DNA from: Octopus vulgaris
Taxonomy: Eukaryota
Reading direction: 5' to 3'
DNA length: 64,000 bases
Assembly (NCBI GenBank): GCA_951406725.2
Contig: OX597839.1
Coordinates: forward strand, 16,926,001-16,990,000
Under the pieces are notes generated by a model. That model was not told the DNA's origin, did no database searches, and saw only the letters and a list, made by a program, of their open reading frames with translations. The position numbers were made by a program, and so were the translations under genes. The first letter of the stretch is position 1; every line of letters starts with the position of its first letter. Below are positions 26,274 through 38,906 of the stretch, piece after piece.

Positions 26274-27004
26274 TATATACGTGTAAATTTAAATTTAAAA
26301 TAATGAGGGTGAAAAATTGAATATTAATTTGATTAATATGAATTGAAAACCAGTGGTGTAGCATATAAGACCTTGTGTGCTATCTTAATATAGGATAAAA
26401 AGAAATGCAAAGGTAGAATACCTAATAAATGCCCTTTAAATGGTTATATTCTCGATGTATAACATGGTATGTAAATATACCATACATAATAGACAACAAA
26501 ATTCTACTGAAATGTAAATAAGATCTTCCTTTGACTTTAAGAGATAATTTTTATCCTACATTAGTTAATTTTCTTCGGCAAAACACAAAAGTTACACTTC
26601 ATTAGCTAATTATTTACTCTATCTTAAGAAAAATGCCTTACAATATTATGTGGTCCATTATTAAATATGGAAGCTTATGTCAAAGTGACTGAACTCCATG
26701 CAACCTTTGCAGCAAAGTATGAACTGAGATTTTAAGAAGGAAGCCCCAGCATCTTCCAAACCACCTGAGTGAAACCATCACATTTTGCAGGCATCGTTTC
26801 TTAAATGTTTTTCTATTTTCTTTATCATAGATCGATATGTTCCACCTGACTTAGAGACTTATTTACTTTTATTTCTTCTTTTATATCCACCTGGCTTTTC
26901 TAATTCTTTGACTTTACCCTTAGGAGAATCTGACATCAGACCTTATAAGTAAATATGTTTCTGTCCTTCAGATTTTATTTAAATGATTATTTACGTCATT
27001 ATAT

Positions 27005-27345
27005 GACAGGACTCCAAATTTGCCATCAAAATGTAGGACAAGATACTGTGATAGCCTGGGCTTCACAGGTCCACAGCTCTTCAATATCCTCCCAAAGGAC
27101 CTGAGAGACCTGCATGGGGTGGATGCAGATGTCTTTAAAATAAAACTGGATCTCTTCCTGTCAGGTGTCCCAGATGAACCAACTTCATGGCAGGAGGTGC
27201 AGATGAGGGCAGCTGCATCAAACTCTCTCATGCACCAAATGGCAATTGCTAAAAAGCATTCGTGAAGTAAAATCATGTAGCAACACTGAATGGCAGTGCC
27301 CCAGCATGGCCACAGCTCGTGAGCTGAAACTAGATAAGATAAGAT
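27005..27345 (+). mobile_element. CR1-type LINE 3' end
   Basis: SLGFTGPQLFNILPKDLRDL..VFKIKLDLFLSGVPDEP...RAAASNSL, then tail gtgccccagcatggccacagctcgtgagctgaaac and (GATAA)n. Confidence 0.85.
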
Positions 27346-27629
27346 AAAACTTCTAGCCTCTATTTTACCCCACCCCTAACCTGATTGCCTTTTCCTCTCA
27401 TTTGTATTTGTATCCTATTCTCAATGTTCTAATGATGCCATCACACCTTTGCATGCGTAGAGAATTTTTAGCATCTTAACATTCAGACATTCAGACAGAC
27501 TTGCACTGAGCTGCAGATCAGTCTGCTTTCCTATATTTTCTCCTAATTGCTTTAAGGGTTCTTTGATATCTGACCTCACCACATATTCTCCCAACTCCAT
27601 ACACTCTGCCACATCACTTTATTGTCTTT

Positions 27630-28501
27630 GAAAGACGAATGATAATTCATCAGAGAAGATGACATTGTTTCATTGTGATCATCTAGACATCATTTTTACC
27701 CTTTATATATACTGATGGGGGATGGAAGAGATTTAGTAATTGCAGCCAACCCATAGAACCCAGCTTTATAGAGCTCACAATGAATAGTTTTTGCGATCAC
27801 AGAGTTAGCAAGATGGTAGTTTAGTGCTCCTGTTACATTTACTGCCAGAGTTTGATGGGCTTTTGACACAACACATTTCATTATTCTGTGGTCCCTGTCT
27901 TTGAGCTTTGCCTTCCATTCTGAATTCTGTTTGCCAGAGCTGGGTTTTATCTTTGGTTTTGGAACACTACCATGATTTTAGAGACTGTACTTCATGAAAT
28001 ATTAAAAAATTCAGCAGTTTTAGTGATTGATATTCCACTTATTTGTGGTCTAAAAATTTGACCTCTTAGGAAATCAGACCGGCCTTGCATTTCAATAGAC
28101 CTATCTGCAAAAAGAAAAGGAAAAACAGAGGGCAATATCATGAAGCACAAACCATTGGTGATACATATAAACAATAGAGACAGACGAAAACAGTTTTTAA
28201 TTAACCATGTTCTTTTCTATTCTAGGCACAAAGCCCAAAATTTTAGGGGAGGGGGCCAATCGATTAGATCGACCCCAGTATGCAACTGGTACTTGATTTA
28301 TTGACCCTGAAAGGATGAAAGGCAAAGTTGACCTCGGCGGAATTTGAACTCAGAACGTAAAGACAGACAAAATACCACTAAGCATTTCACCTGCCAAGCT
28401 AACATTTCTGCCAGCTTGTTACCTTTTTTAATTAATCATATTGCCAATAGAAAAGATTGTCAAGTAAGAAGTGGCATTTCCATTATTTTGTCCAAGCTCT
28501 G
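27630..28501 (-). mobile_element. Decayed Tc1-like transposon 5' half, interrupted by SINE B (28212-28425)
   Basis: SDFLRGQI...SITKTAEFFNIS paired-like HTH, KTIHCELYKAGFYG, FSDE motif. Confidence 0.8.
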
Positions 28502-28653
28502 CATATAAATTTGAATTCAAATTTCCAATGGCTGAGGATTAGCATCACATTTTGAAACTTGAAGTACCATGGAATTTGAATCAAACTGTTTTGATCCATA
28601 CATGTGACTCCCAATAAATGTCTTGAGTGCCCTTCTTTATATGTATATATATA

Positions 28654-29015
28654 TGAGAGGTATTGATATCCAGATGACCCAAGATGGCAAGTAAGGCTAT
28701 GTAGGAGGACCGTAGTTAGACTCTCGGTTCAATAATAATATGAGTGAGAGTCTAATGTGAGTCTTGTGTGAGCATGCATATGTTAAATAAAATGAGACAA
28801 CAAAGCTAAGGCTGTGTGGAATTTATAAAGTGAAAGGTAGTCTTACAGCTGTTTCTGGGATATTAGGGGTATCCCGTCATCAGAGACGATATGAAAGAGT
28901 TAACTAGAGGGAAATAGTAGAGTTCAATATAAGGAGTTACTTTGGAAAAGAATGGATATAGGAAGTATGAAGGGAAATAAGAGAATAAAGATAAAATTTT
29001 AAATATATGTAGGAT
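28654..29015 (-). mobile_element. Probable PLE pLTR fragment
   Basis: Homologous to 13228-13530; contains an intact minimal hammerhead. Confidence 0.65.
28840..28887 (-). ncRNA. Minimal type-I hammerhead ribozyme motif, canonical core
   Basis: GTCT-CTGATGA-C-GGGATA-cccctaa-TATCCC-A-GAAA-CAGCTG-TA-AGAC; stem III ACAGCTGT is a perfect palindrome; GUA cleavage triplet. Confidence 0.85.
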
Positions 29016-29021
29016 GGAAAG

Positions 29022-29196
29022 TGCTTTCAGAGTGGTTGGCGTTAGGAAGGGAATCCAGCTGTAGAAACTCTGCCAGATCAGGTTGGAGCCTGGTGTAGCC
29101 TTCTAGCTCGCCAGTCCTCAGTCAAACCATCCAACCCATGCCAGCATGGAAAGCAAACGTTAAACAATGATGAGGATGATGATGATGAGGATATAT

Positions 29197-29239
<43 letters not shown>

Positions 29240-29565
29240 TACACAAACATAGAGATACATACACACACAATATATATATCAGGTTCAGTGGCATCTTGGG
29301 CAAGTGTCTTCTACTATAGCTTCAGGCTGACCAAAGCCTTGTGAGTGGATTTGGTGGGCGGCAACTGAAAGAAGCCTGGGTTTGTCCCCACCAACATCAC
29401 TTGACAATCGATGTTGGTGTGTTTATGTCCCCATAACTTAGCAATGCAGCAAAAGGGACCGATAGAATAAATACTAAGCTTACAAAGAATAAGTCCTGGG
29501 GTCGATTTGTTCAACTAAAGCGGTGCTCCAGCATGGCTGCAGTCAAATGACTGAAACAAATAAAA
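29022..29565 (+). mobile_element. SINE C 3' part (29022-29190) followed by an internally deleted SINE A (29281-29565)
   Basis: Homology to other copies in the window. Confidence 0.85.
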
Positions 29566-30176
29566 TAATATATATATATGTACATATGTGATGGTCAGTC
29601 CCATCGATTTCGCCATATACATGTGTATATATATATGTGCATGTACACACATACACACACACACACATGTATATATGTATATATATATATATATTGATAT
29701 ATGTATACAGGGATATGTACAACAAATTATTGATACTTTCATTTTTGTTTATTGTTTTCATTGTCATATTTATAATTAATTCTAATTTAATTTATATTCT
29801 TATTTCAATATGTAACTTAAGAATAATTGGTTTCCTCGTTTTTATCCTCTTCTATCATATAACCCCATAAACCTTTGAAATTTTTTCCAAACCCTTTTAG
29901 TAATTATTATAATAACTATTTTCTTCATCGTATCTTCATTTTTTAAAATTTCTTAATTCCTTACTATTTAAATTCTTGAATATTTACTCATTGATTTTTG
30001 TATCTGTGTTCTAATTATAATCTTAGATTTAGCAGATTGAGTTAAATACAGCCAAGTTTGAGATGCTTCCTATTCAAATAAATGAAGATAAACAGAAATA
30101 CAGACTGTATAGATTAATAAAGAAAAAATGTGCAGAAAAACTAGCAAACATATAACCAGAAAGATCTAGGTAATTA

Positions 30177-30220
<44 letters not shown>

Positions 30221-30331
30221 GCTATGTGTGTGTGTGTGTGTGTGTGTGTAAATAAATAAAAAGGTATATGGAAAGAACTATTAAAATGAGATTATGGATG
30301 GTATATCTATCTGTTTGTTGAGCTATCTGTC

Positions 30332-30419
<88 letters not shown>

Positions 30420-30423
<4 letters not shown>

Positions 30424-30937
30424 GTGGTGCATAATTATTGTGGCTTTCTTTCAACAAATTTTATTCAACAAAAACAATAACAATATTTAAAAAGAACAAT
30501 AATTAAGGTAAAAAAAGGTGGCGAACTGGCAGAAGCGTTAGCACACCGGGCAAAATGCTTAGTGGTATTTCATCTACTGTTACATTCTGAGTTCAAATTC
30601 CACCGTGGTCGACTTTGCCTTTCATCCTTTTGGGGTCAATTAAATAAGTAACAGTTACGCACTGGGGTTGATGTAATCGACTTAATCCCTTTGCCTGTCC
30701 TTGTTTGTCCCCTCTATGTTTAGTCCCTTGTGGGCAATAAAGAAATAAATATTTTCACAAAAACATCTTTAAATGACGGTCTGACTGTCTGCCAAGCAAA
30801 TGGGAAGCAGTAATTGAAGTAGATGGTGAATATGCTCCGGAATAATCATTTAAAGATGTTTTTGTTACATGTTGTTATTTGTTTTTGTTGAATAAAATTT
30901 GTTGAAAAAAAGCCGCAATAATTATGCACCAGCCCAA
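30420..30937 (+). mobile_element. Mariner-derived MITE interrupted by SINE B (30516-30748)
   Basis: TIRs ttgggtggtgcataattattg / caataattatgcaccagcccaa with TA TSD; retains C-terminal LPSKWEAVIEVDGEY. Confidence 0.9.
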
Positions 30938-31624
30938 TATATGTATACTCATACACACACACACACACACATAAATATAGATAGATATACAGACAGACTG
31001 GCTGACAGACCGACAGACAGACAGATAGGTAGTTAAACAATGAAAAGGATTGGCAGATATAGATTGATACATAGACAACTGAAGTGTAGATAAATATCGA
31101 GGGTGTCAGTCAAATAGGTAAGAAGACTTGCAAGTTTATGGATAGTTGTAGATTGATATGTGGATGTATATGTGTGAAAATGAGCACCAATATGTGTGTT
31201 ATTTTTGTGTATGTGTGACTAAACTCTAAACAATAATACAATTTTGCATGAAGCCAAACAAAATCTTCCAACATTAACTTTCCATCAATCCACTTCCTAA
31301 AGTATACTCTCCTCCTCTCCCATCCTCTTCCTACACAGCTATTTCTTAGACCTACATACACCACATTTATTTATCGTTTCACCTAATACCACCTGCCTCA
31401 GTAAAACAACATGCCAAAGACTTCATAAAGCCAAAAGCCAAGTGCAGCACAGTCTGATGAAGGGTGGCAGACTGAAAGTCATTGTCATCATTCACCGTTC
31501 TTGAAAAAGCTTCCCAAACGTGCCCTCTATTGTGAAGTATTGTGTAAAATTTCAGTTTGATGTTGAATTCTTTTTATAACTTGACATAAAAACAATCAGG
31601 AATACATACACACACAAACATATA

Positions 31625-31658
<34 letters not shown>

Positions 31659-31861
31659 ACTCATTTGTTTTCATATTTCATGTTGCTTACTGTTGGTGAC
31701 ATCCTGTACCCATATATATATATGTATATATATATGTATATGTGTATATGTATATATATATATATATATATATCAATATTAATAATACAGTGATTGTTTC
31801 TTGTCAGGAACAAAAGGATTAATAGGACTGCTATAGAATTGCTCTATTGAAAGAGACAAAA

Positions 31862-32060
31862 ATATCAAACTAAAATTATTGAACAAACAAATGCAAGGTC
31901 ATCCGCATATCATTTCATAATTCGAACATTTAATCATATTTTTATCCAACAATACATGTAGGTCGGGAGACGATTTCATAGACGATATCTTCTGAGATAT
32001 CTTATGAAATGATATGCGGATAACCTTGCATTTGTTTGTTCAATAATTTTAGTTTGATAT
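31862..32060. repeat. 59-bp inverted repeat with about 80-bp spacer, abutting (TA)n
   Basis: atatcaaactaaaattattgaacaaacaaatgcaaggtcatccgcatatcatttcataa versus 32002-32060 (1 mismatch). Confidence 0.95.
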
Positions 32061-32099
32061 ATATATATATATATATATATATACTTGCATGTATATTCA

Positions 32100-32290
32100 C
32101 CATGATAGATCGCTAGCCACTACACATTCTTTTAGTTTCTCTCCTCGTTTCTTTCTGTGTTCCTTTCTATGGAAGAGCCGAGGTTTGAAACACTTAAGAC
32201 TTTTTCACTTCCTGAGCGTTATACTTAATACATCTGTTTGTTGTCTATGCCACCTGTCTTCGTCTTTTGTTTTTTTTGTGAATTCTCCCT
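32100..32290 (+). mobile_element. Family P1 copy with decayed hammerhead-like motif (32163-32198)
   Basis: Homologous to 17395-17598. Confidence 0.7.
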
Positions 32291-32512
32291 ATATATATAT
32301 ATCTATATATATATGCATATATATATATTATTTATATCATATATTTATATATATATATTTACTTGCATATGCATAGACTGATTGAGGTGGTATATAGTAA
32401 AAAAGAAAGGAGGTAGTCAAGATTTTAGATAAAAAAAACTATTGAGGGCTGTTATCTTTTGGAAGCTTGGTTAGAGAAAGAAGAAGAATAAAAGAAAGGA
32501 AGAAAAACAGGA

Positions 32513-32549
<37 letters not shown>

Positions 32550-32727
32550 AGTGCCAGTGTGGCTGTGTGGTAAAAAGCTTGCTTCCCAACCTTATGGTTC
32601 CAGGTTCAGTCCAACTAAAGCTTGTGAATGGATTTGTGTGATGGAAACTGAAAGAAGCCTGTTGTGTATGTACATATATATACATATATATATATTTATG
32701 CAATAAAGGGTGGAATGTATAGGAAAT

Positions 32728-32785
32728 ATTATATTGACAAGGAAATGAACCTTCGGTTCTAATCCAGAAACGAGTCGTCTATAAT
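32728..32785 (+). ncRNA. Minimal hammerhead motif with U3-A8 core variant, in a fragment (about 32700-32965) inserted into the (TA)n of a SINE A
   Basis: ATTATA-TTGACAA-GGA..GAACC-ttc-GGTTC..TCC-A-GAAA-CGAGTCG-TC-TATAAT. Confidence 0.7.
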
Positions 32786-34067
32786 TAATCCATAGGCTGG
32801 GTTTTCGTTATTTTCTGCTTTTTTTGCCATATACAGCTTACAAATTCTGTTTGTTTGTGGAGACTTTTTACTAGTGGAGGAAATAGTGACCAATTTTGGC
32901 TGCTATTTCTAATATTTTCGGTATGTGGTTTTGAGCAACTTGTTGCATTTAACCCTTAATTATAAATATATATATATATATATACAGGCAAGTGTGTGTG
33001 TGAGTCTTTGATCTGTGTTTGCCCCACCACCATTGCTTGGTAACTGATGTTGGTGTGTTTATGTTGCAGTAACTTTATGGTTCAGTAAAAAAAAGGATAC
33101 TGATACTAGGGCTTACAAAGAAGCTTTTAAAGTGGTGCTCCAGCAGGGTGGCAGTCAAATGACTGAAACAAATAAAAGAATAAAAGAACACACACACACG
33201 AACACATATACGCACACACACAGAAACGTATATATATATATTTGTACATACATAGATGGAGTCATTTGTGTAGATGTGAGAATAGATAAGTGTTTGCATT
33301 GTATATATGTATGCATGTGTGTGTATATATATATATATATGTTCCACCTATGCCAGCATGGAAAGTGGACGTTAAATGATGATGATGATGTATATATGTA
33401 TGCATGTGTGTGTATATATAAATATGAGTATGCCTAAGCGTCTGTGTATATATGCAATGTGTCATGCATGTATATATGCGCTGATATATATATATATGTA
33501 GCCGAGGAACTCAACAGACAGGTTCATTGACAAACACATAAAATATGACTAACAGACAAATTTATATATGGATATATATGTGTGTGTGTGTGTATACATG
33601 CATTTATATATGTATATCTATATAGACATACGTAAAGGCAGGTGACCAAACAAAAGAAAACATTACTCAATACAGTTAATTGGAGTTCATTATCATAGTT
33701 TTAATGCCCATGATTCCATGCTTGCATGGACGAGATGAAATTTGTTCCGGCAGATTTTCTATGACCAGACATATTTTCCACAGAAGACTGGAAATCATAT
33801 GACAATGATGCTCATTTACAATCATCACTGGTATACACGTACTATATCATCATCATTGTTTGATATCTGCTTTCCATGCTGGCATGGGTTGGCTGGTTTG
33901 ACATGGAGCCTGGCCAGACTCCAAATGTCTGTTGTGGCATGGTTTCTATGGCTGGATGCCCTTCCTAACACCTGCCATGCAATGGAGTGTGCCACCAGCA
34001 TGGGTGCGTTTATGTATCCAATAATAAACAGGCATATAATAATTTATAATTTCAATTATTCTATCAA

Positions 34068-35170
34068 GCATGGCTGTGTGGTAAGAAGCTTGCTTCCCAA
34101 CCAAGTGGTTCTGAGTTCAGTTCCAAGTGTCTTCTCCTATAACCTCAGGTTGAACAATATCTTGTGAGTGGATTTGATAGATGGAAAAAGAAGCCTGTTC
34201 TGTGTGTGTATACAGGGTGTGATGGGTAAATTGTTGCTATTTTATATTTTTAATTTCATACATGTGAATTGTTTGTTTTTGATTTTGGTGACTACATAAT
34301 ATAGTAGGGTCAGTCGGGCACCATCTGTGAGAAAAACAGTATCATCATGCAATTCCCTCTGCCAGAGATTTGGAAATGCCATGCTGTACTGCTTGGCATT
34401 TGTACCAGAAACACCAATGCAAACATTTCAGAGTGTTTGAGTGTCAATCTGTAGACAGTACAATATGAGGACATGTACCATGTGTGTGTCATTGTGTCTG
34501 TGTTTATCCCCACCACCACTTGACAACTGCTGTTGGTGTGTTTACATCCCTGTAACTTAGCAGTTCAGTTAAAGAGATGATAGAATAAGTATCAAACTTG
34601 TAAAAAATAAGAAGAGGGGGTTGATTCATTTGACTAAATTCTTCAAAATGGTGCCCCAGCATGGCCACACAGTCTAATGATTGAAACAAGTAAAAGATAA
34701 AAGTTAATATTAAAAAATTCTACTTAGGCACAGCTGTGTTTGTGTAGTAAGAAGTTTGGTTCCAAGTTCAGTCCCACTGTGTGGCACTTTGGGCAAGTGA
34801 CTTCTACTATAGCCCTAAGCTGACCAAAACCTTGTGAGTGGATTTGGCACATGGAAACTAAAAGAAGCCCATTTCATATGTATGTAGAGAGAGACATACT
34901 CATACACACACACATACACACACATGTATGTATGTCTGTGTGTGTGTCTTTGTATTTGTATGTGTTTTTCTCACTGCTTGACAACTGATGTTGGTTTGTT
35001 TACATCCCCAGAATTCAGTGGTTCAGTAAAAATTGAAATAAGTAGCATGCTTAAAAAATAAAACAGGTACCTTGATTGATTTTTTTTTTTTTTTCAACTA
35101 AACCCTTCAATGTGATGCCCCAGCATGGCTGAAGTCTAGTGACTGAAGCAATTAAAAAACAAGGGATAAA
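34068..35170 (+). mobile_element. Two tandem SINE A copies; the first is interrupted by a Tc1/mariner 5' fragment (34213-34465)
   Basis: SINE A homology; ta-cagggtg terminus like 54130. Confidence 0.8.
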
Positions 35171-35857
35171 AAAATTTTTGTTGAACAATTTACAAGAATT
35201 TTTTTCTCTTCTTGAAAGAAAAAAAACTCACTGAAAAAACACAAGTTTTTAAACATAGCTGAGATGCTAAAAGAAATAACAGTACATTGAGTTATGTCCC
35301 TTTACATCTGAAACTTAACACTTGAGAGAATATCCAGAGCTTTGCAAACTAACTGCAGTATAGTGTGTTATAAGAAAAATTCTTCCACTGCTATCAAACA
35401 AATACCAATATTTTTTTTCCATAAAACAATAAATGAGAAATATTTTGAAAGACTATTTTCACATTAAGTATTGTAAAACATGTAAATTGTTTTCAAACGG
35501 ACAATCTTTTATAAGTGATAATTTATGTACGCTTGCTACGTTGTTTTACTTTCAAATATTGCGGTGAAACTGAAAAAAAAAATGTAAATAAGTGATTTAC
35601 AAGGCTTCTAAAGAGTAAAAATTTCTTTAAAATAGTTATAATTCACTGTCTTGACGAAAACATACGATTTTAATGCACGGAGAATGATTTTAAGGTAACA
35701 AAAATTGCGCCAAAAAAAAATTGTTTTAATATGCTTGAAAGGAGAGAAATATAAAACAACATATTTATCTGACTATCATTCTATCTGAGCATGCTTATAT
35801 CAATCAATCTATCAATCAATCAAACTATTTAGCTATATAACCACCTACATAGGCACA

Positions 35858-35941
35858 CGTATATATATATGTATATGTATATATATATATATGTATATAT
35901 ATATACATATATATATGTATATGTATATATGTATATATATG

Positions 35942-36040
<99 letters not shown>

Positions 36041-36388
36041 GCACACATATATATACATACATGTATGTACATAAGAATATATATATGTGTATGTACATAC
36101 ATACATACATATATATATATACGTATGTATGTACGTACACACATATATATACATGCATGTATGTACATAAAAATATATATTTGTTTACGTACATACATAC
36201 ATACTTACAAACTTACATATATATATATATATATATATACATATATTTATGTATGTATGTATGTATGTATGCAGATGTACATCAGCATGGCTACAGCAGT
36301 GCATCAGCATGGCCGCAGCTCTGAGCTGAAACTACAGAGAAAAAAAAAATATATATATAAGCACATGCATACATATATGAATGCGTGT

Positions 36389-36465
<77 letters not shown>

Positions 36466-36489
36466 AACAAATATATCTATATATATATA

Positions 36490-36529
<40 letters not shown>

Positions 36530-36732
36530 AGTGTATGAATATGTACATATACATGCATACATACATACATACATAAGTACATATATATATTTGTATATAT
36601 ATATATATATTCATATATATACCAGAGCAAGCATGGACAAGTGCATGTTAAAAGATGATGATGATATACATATGTCCATTCATATATGTATGTATGTGTG
36701 TGTGAGTATGTGCATGTGTTGATGTGTTTATA

Positions 36733-36781
<49 letters not shown>

Positions 36782-37720
36782 ACGCCTATATACACCATTT
36801 AACTTGGTACACACACCACACACTCACACACACATTTGCTTCTTCCCACTCCACACACACAAGCACCCAACACGTCCAAACCCTTAACTCCCATCACCCT
36901 TAACCCACCTCAAACCTCCATGCCCTCCCCCACCCCACAATATGCACATTTATGCCAGATGGCCTCAAATATACATACAAGCTCCCTAACACACATGCAT
37001 ATATGCACAAACAGAAAACATCACACACACATCAACTGCACATACACTTTATCTAACAACCTCATTCATACACACACAACTAGCACTGACTACATTCACT
37101 CACATACATGCACACACAAGTGCTTATACACACACACAATATTCATGCATAAACACACACACACATACATAAACACATATTATTTTCATGCATAAGCACA
37201 CGTGATGCACATATGCACTATAGTGTCGAATACACACACTTGATGCACAAACACACTGCATGCACACACATACACACTACTCACACATTAGCTACTACAC
37301 ACGTGCATTTACACACACATGCATTTACACACACATGTGCTTATACACATGCATTTATAGATACATGTGTTTACACACACACATACACACACACCCACAT
37401 CTAATAGCTTGTGTATATATGTGCATACTATATGCAGTCTCATGCACATATACTATACATAGCCTCCCACCCTCTCACATATATAGACATGTCTCCACGC
37501 ACACACACACACATACATATATGGAACATACATCACTCCACACAATGTGTGTACTTGTTTGCATATATACATACACACACACACACTTGCTCCCACACAT
37601 GCACACACAGGCTCACGTAATCTTATACTCTCCTACGCATACATATACATGTGCTCACCCCACCGCACATACACACTCACACACAACATCCTCACATACA
37701 CACATGTGCTTGCACACCCT
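35858..37720. repeat. Compound (TA)n/(TACA)n and degenerate (CA)n low-complexity tract
   Basis: Direct reading. Confidence 0.9.
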
Positions 37721-37795
37721 AGTTTAGTGGGGTTACTGTTATCTCTCCTTCCATTGGCCTCAACTTTCTGGTCACTTCAGCATGTGGAACTGTAA

Positions 37796-37965
37796 ATTCT
37801 GGTAAATTTTTCTCTCTCCATTTTTTTCCTCTCATTCCTTTCTGATGAAGAGCATAGGCTCAAAACATTAAAGACGTTTCTGTTTTTCCTGAACATCAAA
37901 CTAATACACTTGTTTGTTGTTCCTACACCTGTCTCTGTTTTGTGTTTTTTGTACATTTGAATCAC
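37796..37965 (+). mobile_element. Family P1 copy; hammerhead-like motif at 37838-37873 with CTGATGA core
   Basis: CTTT-CTGATGA-A-GAGC-atag-GCTC-AAAA-CA-TT-AAAG (G12 mutated). Confidence 0.7.
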
Positions 37966-38383
37966 GTAGATATGTATGAATCACATATATATATATGTAT
38001 GTATATATGTAAGAATGTATGTATGTATGTCATTGTTCAGTTTTAGTTCAAGATTTCTTGCCAATAGAGTAAGAGCTAGTTTCTAACCTAGATTCAAGGC
38101 TCCTTTATCGGAATTTCAACATCAACAACAGGGTATTTTTGTTTGTATGTATATATGTTTGTATGTATGTATGTATGTATGCAGATTTGTATGTTTTGCT
38201 TTATGTATATATCCTCATGCATATAGTTGCTTATCTAGATATACTCATATATATTTAGACTAGTATTTAGCTACAAGTCCTGTATTCAGTCTCTTTGAAC
38301 TTGTTAATGTGCAACTTATATTTCATTGCATAGCACATAACAATAACATACACCATATGTAGGTATGTGTGTGTATGTATGTA

Positions 38384-38803
38384 TTTCCTGGATTGCTTCG
38401 AGGATGGGACTTTCTGGAAAGTTCCTAGGATTTCCTGGAAAGTTCTGAGGATTTGGGACTTCCTGGAAAGTATGTGTACATACAGGATTTTGGGACTTCC
38501 TGCAAAGTTCCAAGGATTTCAAGACTTCCGGGAGAGTTCCGAATGTGGGACTTCCTGGAAAGTTCCGAGGATTTGGGGACCTTCTGGAAAGTTCCAAGGA
38601 TTTGGGATTTCAGGAAGCTTCCAAGGACGGGACTTCCTGGAAAATTCCCTTGAAAGTTCCAACGATTTTGGGACTTCCTGGAAAGTTCCGATGATGGGAC
38701 TTCTTCGAGAGTTCTGAGGATGGGACTTCCTGGAAAGTTCAGAGGATTTACTGGAAAGTTCTGCAGATTTTGGGACTTCCTGGAAAGTTCCGATGATGGG
38801 ACT
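38384..38803. repeat. Quasi-palindromic minisatellite, about 16 units of 22-29 bp
   Basis: Consensus GGGACTTCCTGGAAAGTTCCGAGGAT(TT); followed by a perfect 13-bp hairpin at 38807-38840. Confidence 0.95.
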
Positions 38804-38861
38804 AACTTCAATTTCTGCTAATCAGAGAGCAGAAATTGAAAGAAAATATATATGTGAAATG

Positions 38862-38906
<45 letters not shown>

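Noticed and set aside
31450-31492. CTGATGA...GAAA...GTC hammerhead-like string
   Set aside because: Stems I and III do not pair, and a competing cagtctg/cagactg hairpin sequesters the core.
38068-38117. Minus-strand CCGATAA...GAAACTAG with a 5-bp hairpin
   Set aside because: Multiple core changes and no stem I; it may be a decayed motif but cannot be supported.
38384-38803. CRISPR-like array of palindromic repeats
   Set aside because: There are no unique 25-45 nt spacers (units are contiguous), no cas genes, and the context is eukaryotic. The overlapping ORFs are repeat artefacts.
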